A stretch of DNA of 64,000 bases from Thermoplasmata archaeon (GTDB taxonomy: Archaea; Thermoplasmatota; Thermoplasmata; Lutacidiplasmatales; UBA184), in NCBI GenBank assembly GCA_028864975.1, contig JAGWLG010000006.1:1-64000 (forward strand). The letters are read 5' to 3'. Below, piece after piece: positions 54,474 to 63,284 of the stretch (positions are counted from its first letter, which is position 1; each line of letters begins with the position of its first letter). The position numbers and the translations under genes were made by a program. Below the pieces are notes generated by a model that was not told the origin of the DNA, did not search any database, and saw nothing but the letters and a program-made list of their open reading frames with translations.

Positions 54474-55862
54474 GTGGTCCGCTGGATTCCCGGTGACGGC
54501 GAAGAGGAGAAGGCGCTGCTCGCCGAGCTCGGGCTCTCCTCGATCGAGGAGCTGTTCCGGGACGTTCCGGCTGCGGCCCGAATGAGCAGGATGGGGCTCG
54601 GGGCCCCCCTCGAGGAGCCCGCGCTGGTCGCCGCGGTCGACCGTATTCTATCGAAGAACCAGACCCTGGGGTCCTTCGACGCGTTCCTGGGCTGCGGCCT
54701 CTACGACCGCTACGTTCCCGCGGTCGTGGACGGTATCCTCCAGCGCTCGGAGTTCTACACGGCCTACACGCCCTACCAGCCGGAGGCGAGCCAGGGCGTG
54801 CTCCAGACCCTCTTCGAGTTCCAATCCCTCTGGGTCGAGCTCACGGACATGGAAGTGGCGAACGCCTCGCTCTACGACGGCGCGACGGCCTTGGGCGAAG
54901 CGATGCTCATGGCCCGCCGCCTCGCTCCCGGCCACCGGTTCCTCGTTCCCTCGAACCTCTTCTGGGAGCGACGGAGCGTCCTGGAGAACTACACTCCACC
55001 GGGAGACTGCCAGCTCGTCGAGGTCCCGGTCGACTCCGGGACCGGTCGGCTGGACCTTGAGTTCATCGCGCGTGAGGCCCGCAACGACTGCTTCGGAGTG
55101 CTGGTCGAATACCCGGACTCCTACGGGATCGTTGAGGAAGGGCTCCTCGACCTGCGGCGCGCAATCGGCGATACCCCTCTCGTGGTTTCCACCGACCCGC
55201 TCGCGCTCACTCTGCTCGAGCCCCCCGGGGCGTGGGGAGCCGACATCGTGGTCGGCGAGGGACAGGGATTCGGGATCTCCCCCTCGTTCGGGGGCCCCCT
55301 TCTCGGCCTGATCGCGTCCCGCCACCGGTCGCTCCGCATGCTCCCCGGGCGCATCGTGGGGGCGACGACCGACGTGGAAGGTCGACGGGCGTTCACCCTC
55401 ACGCTTCAGGCCCGCGAACAGCACATCCGCCGCTCTCGTGCCACCTCGAACATCTGCACGAACCAGACGCTGATGTCGCTCGCCTTCCTGGCCTATGCGA
55501 CCGCCCTTGGTCCGAAGGGACTTGCCCGACTGGCAGGCGATCTGACCGAGAAGGCTCACCGACTCGCCTCTGCCCTCGCGCGTGTGCCCGGACTGGCTGC
55601 CCCGCTGTACGACGCTCCCTTCCTATGGGAGTTCGTGCTCGGCACGGGACGCTGGGACCCACGCGAGTTCCTCGAGGCCATGGAGCGGAGGGGGGTCCTC
55701 GCCGGGGTCTGGCCGGAAGACCCTCGCGCGGGCCGGCCCTCGCTCGCCTACAACGGGGTCCTGGTCGCCGCTGGGGAGCGAACGGACGATGAGGCCATCG
55801 AACGCTATCGGAAGGCCGCGGAGGCCGTGGTCAATCCCGCGCCGCCACCGGAGGAGCCATGA
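54474..55862 (+). CDS. gcvPA: Glycine cleavage system P protein subunit 1
   Basis: RSEFYTAYTPYQPEASQG, NASLYDGATA, GGPLLG, LQAREQHIRR, SNICTNQ. Confidence 0.95.
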   Translation: MVRWIPGDGEEEKALLAELGLSSIEELFRDVPAAARMSRMGLGAPLEEPALVAAVDRILSKNQTLGSFDAFLGCGLYDRYVPAVVDGILQRSEFYTAYTPYQPEASQGVLQTLFEFQSLWVELTDMEVANASLYDGATALGEAMLMARRLAPGHRFLVPSNLFWERRSVLENYTPPGDCQLVEVPVDSGTGRLDLEFIAREARNDCFGVLVEYPDSYGIVEEGLLDLRRAIGDTPLVVSTDPLALTLLEPPGAWGADIVVGEGQGFGISPSFGGPLLGLIASRHRSLRMLPGRIVGATTDVEGRRAFTLTLQAREQHIRRSRATSNICTNQTLMSLAFLAYATALGPKGLARLAGDLTEKAHRLASALARVPGLAAPLYDAPFLWEFVLGTGRWDPREFLEAMERRGVLAGVWPEDPRAGRPSLAYNGVLVAAGERTDDEAIERYRKAAEAVVNPAPPPEEP

Positions 55863-57379
55863 GCTTCCGCCAGGCTCGCTGGGAGGAGCCTCTCCTCTGG
55901 GAGGTCCGAGAGCCCAAAGCCGGGACCCCTTCCTCGGAAGCGACCGCACGGCTTCCGGAGGCGGTCCGGCGCAGGAAGGGCTTCCGGTGGCCGGAGCTGA
56001 GCGAGCTTGAGGTAGCGCGCCACTTCACACGGCTCTCCCAGATGAACTTCGGGATCGAGACCTCCTTCTATCCTCTGGGCTCGTGCACGATGAAGTACAA
56101 TCCCCGCGTGAGCGAGGTCCTGGCCCGCCGTCCCGAGATCGCGGACGTCCACCCCTACCAGCCGGAAGGGACCGCTCAAGGTCTCCTGGCGATGCTTTGG
56201 GAGCTCGAACAAGGGCTTGGCCGGATCACCGGTCTGCCGAACGTTTCCCTGCAGATCGCGGCGGGCGCCCACGGCGAGTATGTCGCCTTGCGCATGACGG
56301 CGGCCTACCACCGGGACCACGGAGGCGGGGCCCGCGACCAGGTCCTTCTTCCGGACACCGCCCACGGGACGAACCCCGCCTCCGCTGCGATGGCGGGGTT
56401 CACGACGCGCGAGATACCATCCAAGAACGGCTGCGTGGACCTGGCCGCCCTGGAAGCAGCCTTGAGCGAGCGCACCGCGGCCTTCATGCTGACGAACCCG
56501 AACACGGCCGGGCTCTTCGAGGAACAGATCCTCGAGATCGCGGACCGGGTCCACAAGGCCGGCGCCATCCTGTACTACGACGGCGCGAACCTGAACGCTG
56601 TCCTGGGGAAGACCGGCCCTGGCAAGATGGGCTTCGATGTGGCCCACCTCAACCTGCACAAGACCTTCGCCACGCCCCACGGAGGTGGGGGCCCCGGCGA
56701 CGGAGCGCTCTGCGTGGGGGAGCGACTGAAGGACTACCTCCCCGTTCCTCGGATCGTCAAGAACGGGCGCAAGTTCCACCTTTCCTACGACTTCCCCAGG
56801 TCGATTGGGAAGGTCAAGACGGCATACGGGAACGTCGGGCTCGACCTTCGTGCGTTCGTTTTCATGAAGGCCCACGGTGAGGAGGGCCTGCGCAGGGTCT
56901 CCGAGCGAGCGGTGCTGAACTCGAACTACCTTGCGCACCGATTGGGGAAGCACCTCCCTCGGCCGTTCAAGCCCCTCGTGAAGCACGAGTTCCTTCTCTC
57001 GGGGGCCCCGCTCAGGGAACGGGGGGTGCGCACGCTGGACCTGGCCAAGCGGCTCTTGGACGAGGGGGTCCACGCGCCGACGATCTACTTCCCGTCGCTC
57101 GTCGAGGAGTCGCTCATGATCGAACCCCCCGAGACCGAGTCGAAGCGGGACCTCGACCAGTTCTTCGAGGCGTTCCTTCGCGCCCTCCAGGACTCTCCGG
57201 AACGGCTCCATGCAGCACCCATGAACCTGGCCGTCCGCCGCGTCGATGAGGTCAAGGCCGCTCGCGACCTCTTGCTCTCATGGAGGGACCTCGAGCGAGT
57301 CGGCAAGTTGGCAGGATCCCCCGACCCGTCGCCCTCGGTCAGCGGGACCGCAAAGCCCTCGCCTCTGCCGGCGAAGTAG
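55859..57379 (+). CDS. gcvPB: Glycine cleavage system P protein subunit 2
   Basis: YPLGSCTMKYNP, AAGAHGE, AHGTNPAS, TNPNTAG, HLNLHKTF, MIEPPETE. Confidence 0.95.
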   Translation: MSFRQARWEEPLLWEVREPKAGTPSSEATARLPEAVRRRKGFRWPELSELEVARHFTRLSQMNFGIETSFYPLGSCTMKYNPRVSEVLARRPEIADVHPYQPEGTAQGLLAMLWELEQGLGRITGLPNVSLQIAAGAHGEYVALRMTAAYHRDHGGGARDQVLLPDTAHGTNPASAAMAGFTTREIPSKNGCVDLAALEAALSERTAAFMLTNPNTAGLFEEQILEIADRVHKAGAILYYDGANLNAVLGKTGPGKMGFDVAHLNLHKTFATPHGGGGPGDGALCVGERLKDYLPVPRIVKNGRKFHLSYDFPRSIGKVKTAYGNVGLDLRAFVFMKAHGEEGLRRVSERAVLNSNYLAHRLGKHLPRPFKPLVKHEFLLSGAPLRERGVRTLDLAKRLLDEGVHAPTIYFPSLVEESLMIEPPETESKRDLDQFFEAFLRALQDSPERLHAAPMNLAVRRVDEVKAARDLLLSWRDLERVGKLAGSPDPSPSVSGTAKPSPLPAK

Positions 57380-57467
57380 ATGAGAACCGGCCGGTTCGGG
57401 CCCAGCGAGCCGAGGGCGGGGGCGCCCACACCAAACCTTTAACGAAGCCTCCCACCTCGGGGCGCCT

Positions 57468-58565
57468 ATGCGCGACCGCGTGAAGCGGATGTTCGGCAAG
57501 GCCGGCAAGCCCCTCGATGCGATGGTCTTCGTGAACTCCGTCGAGCCCCACCTTGACCAGACGTTCTTCTACGTCACGGACGTACCGAGCGGGCTCTTCG
57601 AGGGGTGCACCGCCGTGGCGTTCCCCGACGGCCGTGTCGAGATGTTCACCAGCGAGCTCGAGGCGGAGAGCGCACGGGCGGCCCCCGACGTCAACGTGAA
57701 CGTCTTCACGACCCGGGACGATCAGGCGAAGCAGCTCCAGAAACTGCTCGGCTCTTCCGGCAAGATCGGGCTCAACTTCCACGAGATCACCTACGAGAGC
57801 TTCCTCGGGCTCAAGAAGGAGGTTCCTCAGGGCGAGTGGTCGGATGTCTCGGAAGCGATCCGGAGGACCCGGGTGGTCAAGGACGCGAAGGAGATCGAGC
57901 GGCTTCGCGCGGCAGGACGCATCGGAACGAAGGTCGCCGAGGAGATCCCGAAGATGCTCAAGGTCGGGATGACCGAACTGGAGCTCGCGGCCGAGATGGA
58001 GCATCGCATGAACCTCCATGGCGCCGCCGGACGTTCCTTTGGCACCATCGTGGCCTTCGGAGCCCATGGCGCCGAGCCCCACTTCTCGCCCACGGACACG
58101 AAGCTCGCGAAGGGGACGACCATGGTGTGCGACTTCGGAGCGCTCTACCAGCGCTACTGCTCCGATATCACGCGCTCCTACGCTTTCGGTCGCCCCCCCG
58201 CCGACCGCAAAGCGATCCACGACAAGGTGGAGGAGGCCCAACGGGCCGCCTTTGACGCGATCCGCGCGGGAGTGCCAGCGAAGGAGCCGCACCTCGCCGC
58301 CGCGAAGGTCATCGACTCCTCCCCCTGGAAGGGTCGCTTCATCCACGGTCTGGGCCACTCCATCGGGCTTGCGGTCCACGATGGCTTTGGCATGAACGGC
58401 CGCAACGAGGAGCTGCTCGAGGAGGGGATGTGCCTCACGGTCGAGCCGGGGATCTATGTTCCCGGGGTCGGCGGCGTCCGCATCGAGGACGACATCCTCG
58501 TGACCAAGAAGGGCTACGAGCCCCTGACCACCGCCCCCCGAGGGTATCTCGAGGTGGGGCGGTGA
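57468..58565 (+). CDS. Xaa-Pro aminopeptidase / prolidase (M24)
   Basis: CDFGA...YCSDITR, HGLGHSIGL.VHD, TVEPGIY, GVRIEDD. Confidence 0.92.
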   Translation: MRDRVKRMFGKAGKPLDAMVFVNSVEPHLDQTFFYVTDVPSGLFEGCTAVAFPDGRVEMFTSELEAESARAAPDVNVNVFTTRDDQAKQLQKLLGSSGKIGLNFHEITYESFLGLKKEVPQGEWSDVSEAIRRTRVVKDAKEIERLRAAGRIGTKVAEEIPKMLKVGMTELELAAEMEHRMNLHGAAGRSFGTIVAFGAHGAEPHFSPTDTKLAKGTTMVCDFGALYQRYCSDITRSYAFGRPPADRKAIHDKVEEAQRAAFDAIRAGVPAKEPHLAAAKVIDSSPWKGRFIHGLGHSIGLAVHDGFGMNGRNEELLEEGMCLTVEPGIYVPGVGGVRIEDDILVTKKGYEPLTTAPRGYLEVGR

Positions 58566-59587
58566 AGATCGGGGTCCTGACGGGGGGCGGGGACTGCCCC
58601 GGGCTGAATCCCGCCGTGCGGGGAGTGGTCTTCCGGGCCACTGCCCGAGGGCACACGGTCGAAGGGTTCTTGGACGGCTGGAAAGGCCTGATGGAAGGGA
58701 AGAGCGTGCCGTTGGACCGCGCTCGCGTTCGAAACTCCATCGGGAAGGGCGGGACCCTTCTTGGCACCTCGAGGACGAACCCCTTCAAGACCGAGGACGG
58801 TGCGAAGAAGGTCCTGGCTACGCTCGCCTCGAAGGGGATCGATGCCCTGGTGGCGATCGGAGGGGACGATACCTTGACCGCGGGGCGAGAGCTCCTGCGT
58901 CGTGGAGGAAAGGTCGTCGGGGTCCCCAAGACCATGGACAACGACGTGAACGGGACCGACTGGACGTTCGGTTTCGATTCCGCGAGTTCGGTCGCGGTGG
59001 ACGCCCTTGAACGCTTGCGAGACACCGCCGAGAGCCACCACCGGGTGATCGTGCTCGAGGTGATGGGCCGCCACGCGGGATGGGTCGCGCTCGCCACGGG
59101 GCTCGCGGGCGGAGCGGACTACACGCTGCTCCCTGAGGAGCCTTTCAACGAGACCGCATTGGTCCAAGCCGTCCAACGTGCGGTGCGAGAGCGCGGGTAC
59201 GCCCTGGTCGTGGCCTCGGAGGGGACCTCCGTCTCACCCAAGCTCAAGTCGGGGGAGGCCGAGAAGGACGATTTCGGCCACGAGATCCTTCGAGAGAAAG
59301 GGGTGGGACCCTACCTTGCCGGGCTGCTCGAGAAGCGGGCCGGTGTCGAGTGCCGTAGCGCGGTCATAGGGCACATCCAACGGGGAGGGCCGCCCACCCT
59401 GTTCGACCGGTTGCTGGCGACCCGGCTCGGGGTAAAGGCGGTGGACCTGATCGACGCCCAGCAGTTCGGGAAGGTCGCCGTCCTACGCGGAGAAGAGGTG
59501 GTGGGGGTGTCGTTCGACGAGGCGGTGGGGACCTCCAAGCGCGTCGGTGCGTCGTGGCTCGACCTGCTGCATACCTTTGACGGTTGA
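58562..59587 (+). CDS. PfkA-family 6-phosphofructokinase, PPi-type signature
   Basis: TGGGDCPGLN, GTSRTNP, GGDDT, PKTMDND, EVMGRHAGW, QRGG; GTG start overlaps the previous stop. Confidence 0.9.
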   Translation: MKIGVLTGGGDCPGLNPAVRGVVFRATARGHTVEGFLDGWKGLMEGKSVPLDRARVRNSIGKGGTLLGTSRTNPFKTEDGAKKVLATLASKGIDALVAIGGDDTLTAGRELLRRGGKVVGVPKTMDNDVNGTDWTFGFDSASSVAVDALERLRDTAESHHRVIVLEVMGRHAGWVALATGLAGGADYTLLPEEPFNETALVQAVQRAVRERGYALVVASEGTSVSPKLKSGEAEKDDFGHEILREKGVGPYLAGLLEKRAGVECRSAVIGHIQRGGPPTLFDRLLATRLGVKAVDLIDAQQFGKVAVLRGEEVVGVSFDEAVGTSKRVGASWLDLLHTFDG

Positions 59588-59623
59588 CGGCACATCCGAA
59601 GGTGGCCAGGGGACGGGGTCGCG

Positions 59624-60781
59624 ATGAGCCCAAGCACCAAGGAGATCCGCGGCCCTCGGCCCGGTGCCCGTCAAGAGATGGGGAAGAAGTCTGCCGGCGA
59701 GCGGGTTCGCGCCCTGTGGTGGGAGCGGGGCGCGCTACGTGCGATCGACCAACGACGACTTCCGCGCGAGCTCAAGGTCCTGCGGCTCACCAAGGTCGGT
59801 GAGGTCGCCGACGCGATCCGAACGCTCGCCGTCCGGGGAGCACCGACCATCGGGGTCGCCGCTGCGTACGGTATGGTCCTCGCCTCGCACGACCCGCGAT
59901 GGTCCGCCACGACCGCCGCGCGCCTGTTGGGGTCGACCCGGCCGACCGCGCACGACCTGTTCGTCGGCATTGGGGTGGTGCGTCGGGCCTGGGACGAGGG
60001 AGAGGACCTTCTCGGAGCCGCCGAGGGCTATCGCGACGCGGTGGTAGAGGAGTGCAGGGCGATCGGGAGTGCCGGCGCTCCCCTGGTCGCCCCCCATGCT
60101 CGCGTGCTCACGCACTGCAACGCGGGCGCGCTCGCGACGGTCGAATGGGGGACCGCGCTGGCCCCCGTGCGACTGGCGTACCGCGAGGGGCGCGACCCCT
60201 TTGTCTGGGTGGACGAGACGCGCCCTCTGCTGCAGGGGGCGAGGTTGACCGCATGGGAGCTTGAACAGGAGGGCATTCGACATGCCGTGATCGCGGACAA
60301 CGCCGCCGGCCACTTTCTTCATCGACGCGAGGTGGACCTGGTCATCGTGGGTGCCGACCGGATCACCCGTTCCGGCGACTTCGCGAACAAGGTCGGAACG
60401 TACGAGAAGGCCGTGCTCGCCCATGAGAACGGGGTTCCCTTCTACGTGGCGGCCCCTTGGAGCACCTTCGACCCTCGGTTGGAGAAGGGGGAGGACATCC
60501 CCGTGGAGGAGCGCGCCCGCGAGGAGGTCACCACGTGGGGGCAGGTCGTGACCGCCCCCGAAGGCTCTCCGGCCCGGAACCCCGCCTTCGACGTGACCCC
60601 CTCGAGGTACGTGACCGCCTTCGTCACTCCTGCGGGGCTTGTGTCACCGGGGAGGATCTCGTCCCTGCTTCGGGCGCACCGTCCTGAACGCCCGGTCCAT
60701 GAGCACGGGACCCACTTGGACAGCGTGCGGCTGGACCCGAAGGGCGCCGTGCGACCCCGCCGTGCACGCCTTCGGAGCTGA
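59624..60781 (+). CDS. mtnA: S-methyl-5-thioribose-1-phosphate isomerase
   Basis: DQRRLP, VRGAPTIG, RPTA, THCNAGALAT, ETRPLLQGARLT, GADRI, NKVGTY, NPAFDVTP. Confidence 0.9.
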   Translation: MSPSTKEIRGPRPGARQEMGKKSAGERVRALWWERGALRAIDQRRLPRELKVLRLTKVGEVADAIRTLAVRGAPTIGVAAAYGMVLASHDPRWSATTAARLLGSTRPTAHDLFVGIGVVRRAWDEGEDLLGAAEGYRDAVVEECRAIGSAGAPLVAPHARVLTHCNAGALATVEWGTALAPVRLAYREGRDPFVWVDETRPLLQGARLTAWELEQEGIRHAVIADNAAGHFLHRREVDLVIVGADRITRSGDFANKVGTYEKAVLAHENGVPFYVAAPWSTFDPRLEKGEDIPVEERAREEVTTWGQVVTAPEGSPARNPAFDVTPSRYVTAFVTPAGLVSPGRISSLLRAHRPERPVHEHGTHLDSVRLDPKGAVRPRRARLRS

Positions 60782-60786
60782 GCGCG

Positions 60787-61518
60787 ATGCCGACCGACGA
60801 GGACTTAGGGGCCCCGCCGAACGCGACGGAGACCTCTGCGGACGGGCTCGACGCGGCGCCCGGACGCCGGCGCTCCGTCCTGGACCCCGTCGTGGAATAC
60901 TACTCCGCCCGGACCGAGGGGGACCTCCCATGGGAGAGCGGTGACGCGTACCTCCTGGGACAGCTGGGTCGTGCCGCGATCGTCGTCCTTGCCTCGTTCG
61001 GGCTCCTCTACCTTCTGTCCCCTGTCGCGATCCTCGGCACAGGGGCGGCGCTCCGGGTCGGCGTCTCGCTCTGGGGCACCGCCGTCTTCGTCGTGCTTTC
61101 TGTGGTGGCCGCCGTGCTCCTGATCGCGACCGCCCTGTTCGTGGCAAGGTGCCGAAGTCTCCTCTCCCACGCCATGATCCTTCAGACGGACGTCCCGTGG
61201 AGGGAGATGGTGCTGGAAACGGGGAAACGGCTCAAGGCCCTTGGGGTGAAGGCCAAGCGGACACGTCTGCGGGAGCGGGGCCTCGTCGTGGGCTACCGGT
61301 TTCCGGTCCGTTCCGACCTCGCCCCGCTCAAGGTTCTGGGCTCGCCCCTCGGATACATCACGTGGGGTGGCGCGAAGAGCCTCCTCGTCGTTCCCCTCCC
61401 CCTCTTTCGGAACGCTCGCTGGGGCCAGGACATCGACCGCATGGTGCGGGATGTTCTGGCGTGGGAGAGGCCGGACCGGGTCCGGACGCCAGCCACCGCC
61501 TCCTTGGATGAGGAATAG
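60787..61518 (+). CDS. Hypothetical membrane protein
   Basis: Two to three TM helices followed by a basic soluble domain; starts 5 nt after mtnA. Confidence 0.65.
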   Translation: MPTDEDLGAPPNATETSADGLDAAPGRRRSVLDPVVEYYSARTEGDLPWESGDAYLLGQLGRAAIVVLASFGLLYLLSPVAILGTGAALRVGVSLWGTAVFVVLSVVAAVLLIATALFVARCRSLLSHAMILQTDVPWREMVLETGKRLKALGVKAKRTRLRERGLVVGYRFPVRSDLAPLKVLGSPLGYITWGGAKSLLVVPLPLFRNARWGQDIDRMVRDVLAWERPDRVRTPATASLDEE

Positions 61519-61569
61519 CCAAGGTCTCGGTGCCCCTGTGGCTCCTGGCGGCCCTCAAGAAGAGGGGAG

Positions 61570-61674
61570 CGCCCCGATCGGGAGTCTCCGAAGGCGGTTA
61601 GGACCGCCGCCCTCCTTTGAACCCGAGCCCACGGCTCGACAGACCGTGATCCTAGACCACTAGACTATCGGGGC
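61570..61674 (-). tRNA. tRNA-Asp(GUC) with 32-nt intron at 59/60 (intron 61584-61615)
   Basis: Mature fold GCCCCGA TA GTCT AGTGGTCT AGGAT C ACGGT CTGTCGA GCCGT GGGC TCGGG TTCAAA^T CCCGA TCGGGGC G; all four stems pair, discriminator G73, CCA not encoded. Confidence 0.93.
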
Positions 61675-61700
61675 GCGAGGCCGCGCAGCCTCACGGACCA

Positions 61701-61708
61701 TAATAAGG
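61701..61708 (-). promoter_or_regulatory. TATA box of tRNA-Asp
   Basis: Minus strand CCTTATTA about 27 nt upstream of tRNA G1. Confidence 0.6.
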
Positions 61709-61896
61709 CCTACGAAGGACATCGATGCGCTCCGCCGACGGTAGGACCCCGAGACGTCGCACGGACCCGTCTCGGACCGCGGCGACGGAGCCGGGGGTTG
61801 AACGGTGGGACGGCCGCGGAGGAGTCCTGCGAGGTCTCGGTTGCCGGTCGAGAAGCCCAGAACCCGGGCCGGAGGAGGATGCAGAGGGGCGGCGTC

Positions 61897-62313
61897 CTAC
61901 GGGAACGAGGGGCTTGCATCCACCTTGAGCGCGTCCTCAGGGTTCTCCAAGGTCTTCTGCGGAGCGACCTTGCGGGGAGCGAGCAGGGAAGGGCTCGCGT
62001 ACCCCGCAGAACGAGCAAGGTCGGGGTGCTTGAGCATGAGTTCGGCCCAGCTCCCGTAGGTTTGCAGGCGGGCGAGCAGCGGGGCGTGGCCGCGGCGTTG
62101 CTCGATCACCGAGTGCACGACCAAGGGGCTAGCCCCCTCCGTCCGGTAGAGCGTGCGGTGGACCGTCAGGGATGCCCCCGTGGGTGGTGGAGAAAGCTCC
62201 GGTCCCGGGTCCACCGGGTCGCTCGCCAGCTGCTCGCCGTCAAGCTCGACGCTGCGGAACGCTTGGCCGTCCGACGTGAAGAACCCGACGGGAAGTCGGT
62301 GGTGTTCGCTCAT
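61897..62313 (-). CDS. Hypothetical protein
   Basis: ATGA overlap with the upstream gene; globular-looking sequence; no family recognised. Confidence 0.55.
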   Translation of the reverse strand: MSEHHRLPVGFFTSDGQAFRSVELDGEQLASDPVDPGPELSPPPTGASLTVHRTLYRTEGASPLVVHSVIEQRRGHAPLLARLQTYGSWAELMLKHPDLARSAGYASPSLLAPRKVAPQKTLENPEDALKVDASPSFP

Positions 62314-62858
62314 GGTTGTTCCTCTTCCTCGCCCTGGACCTCCTCGATCACGCAGGAAGCGCCGCGTGGACGCCAGGAGGCAGGGCCTCCTGGACTGTCG
62401 GGGACGGCCACCACCTTGATCGGCGGGGTCCGAGGGAGATGCTCAGGGATGGGTGGAGGTCGAAGGAGCTCTCGATGCGAGCTCGCTCGTCGTGAGGCTC
62501 GGGAGGGGAGGGCGCGGCCACCCGCGGCGAAGAGGTCCTGCATCCGCTCGATCGGCAGAGGAGAAGGCGCGGTACGCTCGGTCCGACGGGCCGAAGAACG
62601 GGTGTATGGCTCGATGCCAGACGGCCACGATGGGACGAGGGACCAACCTCCCATGACCGGCATCAGAGCGGGCAGGCGGACCGAGGGCGTGGAAGCTCGC
62701 AGCATGCAGAGCGATCCGTGCGCGAGCGGCTCTTCCGGAAGAGGAGCGGCCACCACGCTTTCGCAGTAGAAGCAGTAGAGGTTCTCGAAGCTCTCGCGCC
62801 GAGTCTGCTCCCCACCGCACTGTGGACACACCCTGGATCCTGGTTCGGTTCTCGACAT
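62310..62858 (-). CDS. Hypothetical protein with N-terminal zinc ribbon
   Basis: CPQCGG-x12-CFYC followed by a Pro/Arg-rich region. Confidence 0.55.
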   Translation of the reverse strand: MSRTEPGSRVCPQCGGEQTRRESFENLYCFYCESVVAAPLPEEPLAHGSLCMLRASTPSVRLPALMPVMGGWSLVPSWPSGIEPYTRSSARRTERTAPSPLPIERMQDLFAAGGRALPSRASRRASSHRELLRPPPIPEHLPRTPPIKVVAVPDSPGGPASWRPRGASCVIEEVQGEEEEQP

Positions 62859-63284
62859 TCCTACGCTCCCTGGGCCAGGGGACGTGCAAACCTCCGCGAG
62901 GAGGCGGAGGGGAGCACGTGTTCCCGCGTGTGCTCATGGAAATAGGGGAGACCCTTCGATTAAAGGTTGCTAGTTTGTAACAAAGTGAAGTGGATTGCCG
63001 TCAAAATGTGGCATTGCGAACGAATTACATCGTATCCATCGTGATAGCGCTGCCTTGGTGAGCCTGCGCCCCGGAGGAGCGCACGGCCATCTCTCCGAAT
63101 GGGTACGGGAGACCTTTCCCGACGCTCTGCCATCGCCGGTGACGGCTATCCGATTGGTAAGCGGCCCGTTTTCAACCTGCGAATACGTAGAAGTTGCGGA
63201 GCGAGGATCCGACCTCGAAGGCTGCACGGGCGGTCCGCCGCACGCAGGGCTGACGAGGCCTCGCTCCTATTGGAGGAATCTTTG

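Noticed and set aside
61519-62860. Integrated mobile element at tRNA-Asp
   Set aside because: No integrase and no duplicated tRNA 3' end (att site) found in the window; the unknown genes lie upstream of the tRNA 5' end
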